A stretch of 64,000 bases of DNA from Tubiluchus corallicola (lineage: Eukaryota > Animalia > Priapulida): positions 124,001-188,000 of the forward strand of contig JAQGDQ010000228.1 in assembly GCA_030141605.1 (NCBI GenBank). The letters run 5' to 3'. Below are positions 37,901 through 49,299 of the stretch, piece after piece; within the stretch, counting starts at the first letter, position 1; each line of letters begins with the position of its first letter. The notes below the pieces were generated by a model. The model was given only the letters and a program-made list of their open reading frames with translations. It did not search any database and was not told the DNA's origin. The position numbers and the translations under genes were made by a program.

Positions 37901-39804
37901 GTGCTGTTCTGAGAAGGTACGTTAGCACTTGTCACACAATGTAAAACATGTAGGATTATATTAACACTTAGTAGAAGCAGTGGGTATTAGTGCTGTTCTG
38001 AGAAGGTACGTTAGCACTTGTCACACAATGTAAAACATGTAGGATTATATTAACACTTAGTAGAAACAGTTGGGTATTAGTGCTGTTCTGAGAAGGTACT
38101 TTAGCACTTGTCACACAATGTAAAACATGTAGGATTATATTAACACTCAGTAGAAGCAGTGGGTATTAGTGCTGTTCTGAGAAGGTACGTTAGCACTTGT
38201 CACACAATGTAAAACATGTAGGATTATATTAACACTTAGTAGAAACAGTTGGGTATTAGTGCTGTTCTGAGAAGGTACGTTAGCACTTGTCACACAATGT
38301 AAAACATGTAGGATTATATTAACACTCAGTAGAAGCAGTGGGTATTAGTGCTGTTCTGAGAAGGTACGTTAGCACTTGTCACACAAGGTAAAACATGTAG
38401 GATTATATTAACACTTAGTAGAAACAGTTGGGTATTAGTGCTGTTCTGAGAAGGTACGTTAGCACCTGTCACACAATGTAAAACATGTAGGATTATATTA
38501 ACACTTAGTAGAAGCAGTGGGTATTAGTGCTGTTCTGAGAAGGTACGTTAGCACCTGTCACACAATGTAAAACATGTAGGATTATATTAACACTTAGTAG
38601 AAACAGTTGGGTATTAGTGCTGTTCTGAGAAGGTACGTTAGCACCTGTCACACAATGTAAAACATGTAGGATTATATTAACACTTAGTAGAAGCAGTTGG
38701 GTATTAGTGCTGTTCTGAGAAGGTACGTTAGCACTTGTCACACAATGTAAAACATGCAGGATTATATTAAAACTCAGTAGAAGCAGTGGGTATTAGTGCT
38801 GTTCTGAGAAGGTACGTTAGCACTTGTCACACAATGTAAAACATGCAGGATTATATTAACACTCAGTTGAAGCAGTGGGTATTAGTGCTGTTCTGAGAAG
38901 GTACGTTAGCACTTGTCACACAATGTAAAACATGTAGGATTATATTAACACTCAGTAGAAGCAGTGGGTATTAGTGTTGTTCTGATTAATAATTTTTATC
39001 GAAAGTCAGTCGGCCATGACATTCGACTAAGCACACGGTCATAAATTAACATAATCGATGATTGTTTAATGAATGTAAGATTTTTCACACTTTGCCACTC
39101 ATTTCTGCCATTTAATTGCAGCATTGATAGCAACAAATGTCGTTAGGAAAATATTTTAATGAATATGTACGAAAACTTATACAAATGGAACAGTTACTTA
39201 GGAAAGAAATTGCCGACGATCAATGTGCGATGCATTTAAATCTTCCATTCACGTTGTTTTCTAAACAAGGTATTGGACTTAGAGTCCTAAAATCCTCTTT
39301 GAAAGTGAAAGTTTTCCGCATAAATTTACATAATTACGTAATTATATAATTATTTGTAAATAAATTTTGTTGTTTTTGTATCTAGGCTAGTTTAGAAGAG
39401 ACAGAAGAAGCCATTATAACTGCAAAGGAACATCGTAAACATTATCAGAATAAACTCAAGCAGCATCAGCAGGAGATAGATAAACTCAAAGCACAATGTG
39501 AAGCGCACAAGAAAGACGTAGAGGTTTGTAGTTTATTTGACGTATGAAAAAGTACGATGCAGAATTTCAAATATAGGACCCACATGCGACGTCAACATGA
39601 GAGCTTGACTGCTTGTTTAAATGTCTTTTCAATAACCTACAGAATGTGTTTGGAATATAAAATGTTTTTGAAAAAACATTATTCTGCAAAGCAAGTTCTA
39701 AAGAACTTCTGCATGATACTTTGACCACCTTAGAAATAAGTATTGAGTTACTTAAGGTGTTATTCTTGGACTATGTCCTAAACGAAATTATTATTATTAT
39801 TATT

Positions 39805-39868
<64 letters not shown>

Positions 39869-40105
39869 GCACTAACGTACTTCGACCAAATGTCTGAAAA
39901 TTCATTACATCATCAAGACCATACATAGGCTTAGTCCACAAGAAGAAGCCCATTCCGAAAGTGCTTAAAATGAACATGATTAGAAACAACAACATGGCAA
40001 TATTGAAGAGAACAGGTATTGAAACAGCAAGCGCAAACTATAACGTTCGAATTCCCTGGGCACCTTTTATTAGTCGAAAAATGCGCCCTTTCTAGTAACG
40101 CAATC

Positions 40106-40152
<47 letters not shown>

Positions 40153-43100
40153 TATGTTGAACATCAGTTGACAATTGTTGTTGCTTAGTTTATCTAAGTG
40201 TCTGCCACCGGTATCAGACTGGGTGATAAAATCACTTTTGGCCACTTTGAATAGAATACATATGCAAGATTTTTAGTGGGCATCATTCAATTTTAATTAT
40301 TTTGCATGTGCAGACTCTGATCATCTGACATTGTAGCATAAAAGAAAGTAGACTAGACATTTTATTCAACAGTAAATATTAACAACACAATAAGACTTTG
40401 CACGTTGATTTGTTAGACTAAAATTAAGTTCATCTAGATTCATTTCGTGCTTTGTGCTTGTTCTGAACAGCCAAAAATTAATAACTTCTACTGTGTACAT
40501 GTAATTAGGCTGCTGTATTAGTTTAATTAATTTTTTAGGACTCTACTGCCACAGCAGAAAAGATTTGTCCACGTGTTAACACCAGACGACAGCCTAAAAG
40601 TCTCGATGCTGAAATCGCTCAACGTACAGCTACTCTACAGGAGAAAGAACAAGTGTAAGTAATACAGACTTTAGCGGCTGACAGAAAGATGGTTGTTTTT
40701 TACTTTAAATGTTAGCTATAATAAAATCTTCTTATGTATTTGTTGTAGTCAAGGAAGGAAGGAGGACATCGTCGCCAAGTTTCACCAAATTTCTGTGAAG
40801 TTTAAGGACATCATTCATGAGATGGACGAAACTCACATGTTTCTGATGGTAAGATGGAGAGATGCCAAGCTTGCTAAAAATTCTACCATTAGATTGCTGT
40901 AGCACCTCAGTTATTTATTATTAATTATTTACTTTTTTGACTCACACAGCAAATGTGTAATAAAGCATTAGTATTGATTAATAGTTAAAAAGAGATGGAA
41001 AATGACCGTATGGTCACCGCGCATCACATAGTAAATTTTATCTATTCTGTTTCAGTTGTTATGTGTTATTACTGATAATGTTAATGAGGCACTTTGTCTT
41101 TTTGTGCCCAATGACAGTATGATAATCTGTAAATTTAATACTATGACAAGGCTTGCTAATTATGCTGATGAAAGAATTGGAATGTAGCTAATTATCAAGG
41201 AAAATTTTCCAAAATGAGACACTGAACCAGCAGGTGTGTCTTAATCGTGTTTAGTTGTCTATACATGCTCCTCAATGTGAAAATCGCCTGAGAATGTGCT
41301 TAAACACATTTTTGTTGTATTGTAATTTCCCAACCAAAGCATTATAGTAGAGTGCACGATCATGGATATTTGCACACAGCATAACAAAGTGAAATAATGA
41401 TAGGAACAGCTAAACAAAGAAAAATCAACCACAATTCAGGGTACTTCTGGATAATTCAATGGTACAACCTCAAAAATTGCTAATTAACCAATAAAACATA
41501 CAGTATATTTGTACCTTGTAATACTATTCTATTTTATGCATGCCATTGTATGTGAAAATTTTGGTATACTATTATATGTATGCAATATACAATATAATGT
41601 ATACACAGTATACAATGCAAAATTTGAAGCGTAATAATATCTTTATTTTGTACAATTCATTAAACAAATGCACAGTTTTTAATACTAAATAGTTAGCAAA
41701 TTTAGTAAATAAATTAATATTATTGGCAATTTATGCCTGGGTTAGTGGAAAAGTAAGTACTAATATTTACGTATATATAATATTTGTACGTGACATAGTG
41801 AAATATATTGTATGTGAAATTAAGTACATGAGTGAGTCAGTTGCCCAGTAACTAGAATACTAATAATAAATTTGCTTTATGCAGAAATTGGATAACATAA
41901 TGAAAAACAGGAAATTGGCATATGAAGTTTTCCGGCACTCAATATCGATGAGAGTGAAAACGCTTTTCAACATTTCCTTATCGATCCGACACTGTAGGGG
42001 AGACATGACATTCAATCATAAAAAAGAGACTTTAGATCTACAGGTTTGTAAACAACTTACTATGCTATGTACGTACTGGATTTTAATACTATTGTACGTA
42101 GACGTGATACACTCAAACCATCGTTATATCTCCAGCCTTGCTCTAACGCCAACTTTTGGCTTGTCCAGTTTTCCACAATGTATTGAATATACGGCATAAG
42201 GCCAACCTTGCCTATTGCCATTCGCCAACTTATCTGCTTTGCCATAAGTCGATTTTACATAATAAATCTGCTCCATTATAATGCCAGCCAAGATAAAGCA
42301 CAAATAAATTGCTGTTGAAAAACAGTCCATTCTCTTGTAATGACCACTGAACAGGAAAACAATTATGGTGTTTAAATTAAGATTTAGTTTTGTACCAAGT
42401 GAATGTATGAAACTGAATATTGCATAGCTAAGGTGAGGCTAAATGAATGCGAATTTAAAGGCTATTAAAGGTGCTGTTTGCGCTGCTTCAGCTCTGGTCA
42501 AGTTTATGTGACGGCTATTTATAGTCTTAATTGTCCAGTAATGTTATGTTGGGAGCATGGCTGCATATTTCTCTTATCAGCAGTTGGTTACTTACCAGTA
42601 TTTGTGGTATGTAAAAGTTTTGCAATGCACTGCCACATACACCTGTGTTGTTAATATGTAGTACAAATGTGTAGCATACCACTCGTATTAACCTAGGTGT
42701 AATAATACTATTTACTACACTTATTTATCACATTTTAGAGTTAACTAGGAAACAAAATTGAGGTTACACAGTAGAATGGCTTTGATATGTGATGAACATC
42801 GCCTTACCTCCAACTTCGCAGTAACGCCTTATTTAGTGGGTGTCCCAGACCTGGTGTTTTAATGAGGTTTAACTGTACATGGGCCACTGGACGTGCAACA
42901 TTTTTGAACAAATTATATCTTGTGCTTACATTTACAGGTTGTGCAACCAGGGCAATCTATGGCAGCGAAAGACACTAGAGGTCTCTCTGGTGGAGAGCGA
43001 TCGTTTGCAACAGTTTGCTTCATTCTGGCATTGTGGGATGCTATGGAGTCTCCATTCCGTTGTCTAGACGAATTTGATGTGTTCATGGTACGTTCAGGAA

Positions 43101-43741
43101 ATTGCTGAAACAGTACTAAATTCAATATATTCATCAGTAATAAGCCTGGTCTTTTAAAAGTGCTGTTAAAGTTGTCTGCAGTTTAACACCTTTGCTAATA
43201 AAGTCGTATTGCTGTTACGATTATTTTTGTTTGCAGGACTTGGTGAATCGGAGGCTGTCAATGGAAATGATGTTAAAAACTGCCCGCGAGCAAAAACATA
43301 AGCAGTTTATCTTTTTTACACCACTTGATATGAGGTATGGTGTCATTCTGTTTTGTTGCAACGTCATTATCTATCCACAGCCATAAATCAAACAAAATTT
43401 AGTCACATGTACTTAATATCCTTTTATTTTGCATTTTATTCTAATGTTGCATTGAAATTACTATTAAATTTTCCTTGCCCGTAATTCAAATATTTTGAGG
43501 TTTTATCATTCAACTTTCAAAATTCCAACATAACTTTACCTTCAGTTTTATGTTTTTTATGCTTGCCTTTTGTAATATTATGTTGTAACAATTGGCAGGT
43601 TCAGTAATTTGATTAATGCAATTGAAATTTGAAACGTGAAACTGTCTTTACTTTTACAGTTCGCTGACACCGAGCAATCTCATCCGTTTGTACTTGATGC
43701 CAGAACCGGAAAGAGAAGAACACACCGATGGAGAACAATGA
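19930..43741 (+). CDS. SMC6: Structural maintenance of chromosomes protein 6, 25 coding exons, about 1076 aa
   Basis: Exons 19930-20046, 20713-20827, 22900-23005, 23520-23799, 24952-25053, 25929-26066, 26770-26850, 27300-27446, 28375-28463, 28648-28812, 29276-29454, 31556-31755, 32438-32518, 33475-33561, 34351-34463, 35257-35377, 36211-36306, 37658-37828, 39386-39523, 40539-40654, 40749-40848, 41885-42043, 42938-43087, 43237-43334, 43660-43741 sum to 3231 nt in frame. Motifs: NFMCH, Walker A GRNGSGKS, Q-loop [17 protein letters not shown], hinge PRGPIG, signature LSGGERSF, Walker B/D-loop [16 protein letters not shown]. Confidence 0.96.
22042..22790 (+). mobile_element. Decayed 5' part of a hAT-like element in SMC6 intron 2
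   Basis: Terminus cagggcc...actaggtaaactaggcagttgcctag, then a broken acidic ORF ending APEDTGQW, similar to the DPGxW of hAT transposase N-termini. Confidence 0.3.
23090..23280. repeat. CT-rich low-complexity tract
   Basis: Imperfect (CT)n/polypyrimidine run in SMC6 intron 3. Confidence 0.7.
29613..29950. mobile_element. Fold-back element with about 70-bp inverted arms and an insertion in the left arm
   Basis: gcataaagaaat...acgtggcaaataattgctttagatacatgaaagagccagtctcta (29613-29681) pairs with tagaggctgactccttcatgtatctatagcaattatttgccacgt...atttctttatgc (29878-29950); inner pair aaccaaggcacaaaat/attttgtgccttggtt. Confidence 0.75.
30085..30540 (-). mobile_element. Decayed 3' end of a non-LTR retrotransposon (RT C-terminal part)
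   Basis: Minus translation EFVESLKY...DSSLWWLKQ...C.RLYF resembles the 'VESFKYLG..D..L.W..H...C..RLYFL' segment of LINE ORF2; it ends in a (cttga)-like tail at about 30085-30130. Confidence 0.45.
30584..30710. mobile_element. Short hAT-type MITE
   Basis: Ends caggggtgg...ccacccctg; no clear TSD. Confidence 0.45.
31100..31481. mobile_element. MITE with about 23-bp TIRs
   Basis: aataagtgttttcacagtttcagc matches the reverse complement of gcgaaactgtgaacaggtttatt. Confidence 0.55.
34663..35060 (+). mobile_element. Decayed Tc1/mariner-like fragment
   Basis: Terminus tatacaaggtgcctcaaaagt; broken frames include [12 protein letters not shown], similar to the VR..LN..FP segment after the second catalytic Asp. 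Confidence 0.35.
35442..35952. mobile_element. MITE-like element with GATTAATC subterminal repeats
   Basis: Ends tagttatgggcgatt / agtcgcccctcacta; repeated cgattaatc motifs in both arms. Confidence 0.45.
36337..37067 (-). mobile_element. Internally deleted hAT transposon retaining a decayed C-terminal dimerisation domain
   Basis: Minus ORF 36754-36948 [40 protein letters not shown] matches the hATC pattern FPN..IAL...L.....ERSFS.LK..K..LRSTM. Ends caaggcggtc / gacagccctg; 8-bp flanks cgaaacag / ccaagcag (6 of 8 match). Confidence 0.8.
37825..38985 (+). repeat. 89/90-bp tandem array, 13 units, starting at the SMC6 exon 18 splice donor
   Basis: Unit gaaggtacgttagcacttgtcacacaatgtaaaacatgtaggattatattaacacttagtagaagcagtgggtattagtgctgttctga; copies are near-identical. 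Confidence 0.97.
39787..39867. repeat. (ATT)n(ATC)n(ATT)n microsatellite
   Basis: Read directly; left flank of the Nav fragment. Confidence 0.95.
39868..40100 (-). pseudogene. Fragment of a voltage-gated sodium channel alpha subunit (domain IV S4, S4-S5 linker, S5, start of pore loop) with an in-frame stop
   Basis: [77 protein letters not shown] aligns without gaps to the Nav DIV consensus [40 protein letters not shown]...FGM..F......GIDD.FNFETFG.S; TAG at 40038-40040. Confidence 0.88.
40106..40155. repeat. (ATT)n microsatellite
   Basis: Read directly; right flank of the Nav fragment. Confidence 0.95.
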
Positions 43742-43769
43742 GTTTTATATCAATTGTTTTTTAATTTAG

Positions 43770-43904
43770 AACTTTAATCATCACACAGTTGTGTCTTAGT
43801 GATGTTCTTTAACTTTGGAATCATCACACACTTGTGTCTTAGTGATGTTCTTTAACTTTAGAATCATCACACAGTTGTGTCTTAGTGATGTTCTTTAACT
43901 TTAG
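43770..43904 (+). repeat. Three tandem copies of an about 43-bp unit in the SMC6 3'UTR
   Basis: aacttt(ag)aatcatcacacagttgtgtcttagtgatgttcttt x3, starting about 30 nt after the stop. Confidence 0.9.
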
Positions 43905-46900
43905 AGAACTCCGCATGTATTCGATGGCAAATTCAGAGCAAGTTGTTTGTTTCATATGCAGTTTTGAATTTTCAGTATAGGTTTCTCGCATTTATATACG
44001 ATTTAAACAATGTTTTGTATATATTTATATATGTTCTAGAAGAACTTCTGGTGTTGAATAGCCAGTAAAAATGACAATGAAACATTCATAATAGAATGAA
44101 ACTTTTATGATTATAAAAATCAATTTTAGTTGAAGTGGTAGAATCCTGTGAATATATCTTTACTTGTTAGTGATTTATTTGTGCCTTTTTGTGATCATTT
44201 GCTTTAAATTTTGCCATGTTTAGCATACAAAACAAAATGTAAATAAATATGTTATGTTAGGGTTAGGGTTAGGCGACATTAATAAATTAGATCCCATTTC
44301 TATTTTGAGAGAACATTGCCAGTGTACAAGCTGAAAATTTGTGATGAATTAATAAGTGTATCAATATCAAAGTATTTTGTTGAAATGCTGTTTTGAGCAA
44401 AATGTTAAATAGTCTAGTATGATTGATCTTAACTACTTTAATAAGTTGAGCTGTTGTAGCCTGACTCAGAGTGCTATGGTTTAGGACAACCTACGTCGTG
44501 TTGTGCTACACGGTGCTAGTGACGTTAGAATACTGTGTATTGGTGCTGCATTGTAATGCAGCGTGACAGTACTGTGCTTTTATGGCTTAGATTACTACAA
44601 TATAGTGCTCGTGAATATGACTGTGCTGTAGTGTGGCATAGAAAATGTGTTTACAGGGTGCTGTTACATCCTTTTGTATTTAAAATTGTGATACAATTGT
44701 CTACATCCCTGAATAAAATTTACTTAATTTTGTGCATTGGGATTTGTTTTAAACGGCTATTTTGCAAAATGTCTGTGTAAAATATTTTTTTTGAATATTT
44801 ATTTTGACATTTATACATATGTTAAAATTGTATAAAAGAAAGAATTAGCAGGTGCAAGCGTACTTACGCTGATCCTATAATATCACAGATTCGTATTAAG
44901 GTGCACATTTTAAAATCAATTTTGAGCTATATATGCACGGCAGCACAGCTTTTGGTCACCCTCAACTACATTTTCGAGATGCATGCTGATTTAGCCTATA
45001 TATAAACCTTATCATTTTAACGTGATACGGGAATATAAATATCTGAAACGCAAAATAATAAATAAATAATAAAATAAATTAAAAAAAGCTAATCTCAAAA
45101 AAAGACACTGCATTTCAGTCCACCTCTGTGAACTAGCTTCATGTGCAAGAAAAGAACAGAAAATATAAAATGTAAGTAAGTAATATTTTTGGTATTTTAT
45201 AAGAATGACACACCAAATTCGCATAAATTTCGTATAACGATTTCTTCCTTTTCATTGTGACAAACTTTATAAATTTACGCAGTACATTCTGTGTTTCTGA
45301 AGGGGTGAATCCCCATGGCTCAGGGGAGTGTGCTTATTAAAGAGTACCATGGCAACGTCACGTCAAGCGGGTTTTTACAGTGTAGCCTTTAAATTGCTCA
45401 TTATCTGGTTAGCTGATACCTTAAGTGGCATTTATTCTTTATTTTTGCAAGTCACACGTGTTAATTTCTCTTTAGTGGTAGACTTGAGCTGAGTAAAAAG
45501 CAAACACTTTCTACTGACAATCACAGAATCTCTCTTTCTGGCTTAATTTTCATTCTCTCTATGTTGCCATGTTAAGCTATATTTTATACCCGGTGCTAAT
45601 GGTCATCAGCAAACGACAGATCGTAACAGTTACAGCCTCATGGTCGTGTTCAGCAAATTGTGCGCAGGAAATATGTGTGCGCAATTTATCACGGCTTGTC
45701 TATGGGCTTCTCCGGATTACACGCTCTTTGAACGCAGGAAACCATTTCTCACGCTAACCTCGTGTCAGTGCATGTTGTATTGCCCGTAAGTGGAAGATGT
45801 GACTACAGGCCATAGACGGTATCTCCATGCTGAACACAACGATTATTTTATTGCTTATTTATTATCTAGATAAATCCCGGATTCCTAGTGGGCTCGGATT
45901 TCTTCGTAATATGTCCTTATTAGGGCATATTTGTCACAGTGACTACAGCCGTGACACTCGTGTTAATGTAGCTATAGTATTGGCTTCCCATAATAAAGAG
46001 AAAGAAAGTAATAAAGGTTTTCGTACCCTGCCCTTCGCTAAAACGATCTGGCTTGCAATCAAGAAGGCAATCCCTGCTCGTTTATATGGCTTTACGCGTC
46101 GTAAACTTGCTAGCATGTACTTACTTCTCGCCCTACAGGGCATGCGCTAAAAGAACAAGCGAAAAAGCAAATTAAGAAAACTATTTCGAAGAGTAGCGTC
46201 AATTACAATTCTGGAACATGATAAAGCGGCCACAGCTGTTGTTGTTAAGACAATCATATCAATAAAGAAGCTATTGGTGATCTGTGGGTAAAAAACTGAT
46301 CATAATAAAAATTAATCGGGAATGCGAAGCATTGACTTACTCTCTTATTGATTTTTTTCTGCCCACCTGCCTGGATATGTTATTTAGAACACCATTTACT
46401 GTTGGCGTGAATCTAGTTTCGTAAAAATTCAAAATGTGAAATAACTCTGTTGTGACGTCACATTACGAAAAAACTGGCTAAAAACTTACAATATTACACG
46501 AGCAACGAGAACAAAAATAAGATTGGTATTATGAAATAGACCTCTTTATAGAGTTACTTCGCAAACGCAAAAAGTGTGAGAATTTCAACTGGCAACATTT
46601 GTAAAAGTAAAGCAACTCTTTATTCCAGCTTTTACAAAAATTAGAAGAAAAATGTACGATTAAAATGTAACCTCGAAACTTTTAAATCTTATTTTAGTTA
46701 TTTTTTTGGATAAATTTAAAATTTCTTGTATAGATTGTATAGTTTTAATTTGTATTTCATATTTTGCATTTTTTATGTTTATTACTCTCTTTGAGTGATT
46801 TCATTTGATACAGAACGCATAAAACCTCATTTGAAATCATAGATAAAATAACAAATATATAACAATATACAGAAATAATAGGCCTATGTTTATTTAAAAA

Positions 46901-47204
46901 CACTCGTATTACTTATTCCCTGAATAATACTATGAACAGTATTGTAATTTTGGCAATCAACAAGGCGCTTAGAACTCATGGACTAATAAAATTAACATGA
47001 AATGACAAGAAAGCTAATTACAGTGATAGTGCAGAAACAAGAAGAAGACAATAGTAAGGCAATAAAGATATAATAGGTGTGCAAGAATCCTTATGTTATT
47101 CTTATTTCTTACACAGGGTAGTAGCTGTTACTCTTATTATAACTTTAAACTCAAACATAAATGTACAAAAAGAATCACCCAGTCTCAGAAGGCTCAAAAA
47201 TAGG

Positions 47205-47357
47205 CTAAAATGCAGGAAAATGCGCTTCTCCAGACCCCCTCGCTGATCGGCCGGTGAAGCTATAAACACCCCCCCACCCCCACCCCCGGCTCCGCATCCG
47301 CCTTTCTGCTTGGTCACATTTGGACCCTCCCTTTCAAAAATCCTAGATCCGCCCCTG
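47205..47357. mobile_element. One end of a CAGGGGCGGATCTAGG-type MITE
   Basis: ctaaaatgcaggaaaatgcgc...ccagaccccc...aaaaatcctagatccgcccctg; the other end was not found. Confidence 0.5.
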
Positions 47358-48150
47358 ACTTATTCTGTTTGTTTTACCTTGTTGAGGGAGGATGCATTTA
47401 TCGTTACTCAGATATCTCTGACAGGATCGCTTCTTCGTTAATTAGTCAGGCTCAGGCCTAAACTGAGTACGCTAGGTCCTACCGTTGAATGCTGGGTTCC
47501 GGTTTGCAGTATGCCGAATTACATAAAACAAAAACAGCTTGGACGATCTCTGCACTTAAAGCACAGGAGCTCTTAAAGTAAAAGTTTTTGGAGATTTTTA
47601 CAAATACCGGAGACAAACAACAAGAAGAACAACTTTGCGTTACAAGAGTCGCTGTTACAGCAATTAAAAACCAGTTCAGTGGCATCTCGAGACGAGCTTA
47701 TATAAGCGAATCTAATGACAAGATTACCCTGCAGGACTATAATAAATCACTGAGTTTATGCGATCATTTTACGTAGCTATTGCAAACGCTAATGACTAGA
47801 TCATTACCAGGAGAGGTTATATTGATTAAAAGCTTGCTATTGCTGCGATTTATCTCAGTAGTAGCTTAACTGGATCGGCACAGCTGATGTCAACCGCGAG
47901 CGATATTGAACAGTTTAGCTTGTTAGTAGAGCTTCCCACTGGCCTACATGGTGAATGAGTAAAATTCTGCTTCAGTTCAATTTGAGAATGTTTATTTACT
48001 TTACTATAAGCAAAACTTGCACAGAAACACCTACACATCCCTTTATTACAGTTACACGTAGGCCTACCTATTTATCATTTTAATTAAAATAAGAATCAAC
48101 GTGCAATGCTTAAAATTAGAACGTGAACGTATGTACACAATAAAATAATA

Positions 48151-48323
<173 letters not shown>

Positions 48324-49299
48324 GCATAATAGTTTTCATTATTTAAATTTTGTGGGCAATTTTAGTGCAGATGGTAGAGTTCGTTTTGTTAGCTAATTTA
48401 TCTATCTGTAGTGGCCTACTAGGTTTTTGATGTTTTTGCGTGTGAGAGTGTGCAAAGGTGCTTGGGTCACCCTGTATCGGATGGACGTTAAAATATTCAA
48501 TACTAGGTGGAGCTATAGGCCAAGACTAAGTTTGTTTATCATAGTAACGAAAGAGCGAAGCAGCATGAATACTAGTCTTTTTGGGAGAAAATTTGTTGAT
48601 CAACAATTTAATTACATAGAAGCAATGTTACGCAATCTATATTGACGCAGTAGCCTTTTACACACTGTTGTTGTCTGAGTTCGACACTGCATGTATTATT
48701 GAAAATTACTTTATTAAAAGTATGTAGCCGTATGCACAGTACTCAGTAGGTTTCTGGATGTAGTTAAGAAAGCCTGTAAGTGTAAGTATCGTTGTATGTA
48801 TAATTATGTATTGCGTTACGTTATTGATACGGACCTTAACTTATATAGATAGTGTGAAAAGATGCACTTTATGATCTGATTACATCAAGAAAAGATATCT
48901 TCTAAAAGTACTGACGAGTATTGGCAATTGTAATATTGACTGTTGTTGTGGCTATTTCCAAATTCTAATAAATGTGTTAATCAGCAAACGTTCTTGCTGA
49001 AAATGGTATCACTAGAGCTGAATGAATGTCCTGAAAACCAGAAAACAATTTTTTGAATTTTATCCTGTAAGCTTTGATTAGTTTTTTCCAACTTTACAAT
49101 TGACTGTTATGTTATGTGAATGAAGTCAAATGTTACTGTTACTATTATATTAATTTTCTAATCATTTAAAAAACACTACGTATGTTATGCTTGTCTCATT
49201 TTTCTTATCATAGGTGCAATGGCAATTGAGCAAGTTTGTTTATTATTAAAATCAATTGCTCAGGATGATCTTGTTGATGTAAACTAGCCATTAGAGACA

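Noticed and set aside
38505-38741. 78-aa minus-strand repeat ORF
   Set aside because: Arises from 90-bp units of the tandem array; the frame breaks at the 89-bp units.
44257-44273. (TTAGGG) repeats, also CCCTAA-like runs at about 17700-17750
   Set aside because: Only about three units; short interstitial or MITE-borne motifs, not a telomere.
45560-46330. Possible decayed GPCR pseudogene on the minus strand (hydrophobic stretches, NPxxI*-like motif)
   Set aside because: Needs several frameshifts and stops; the resemblance is too weak to support without a BLASTX search.
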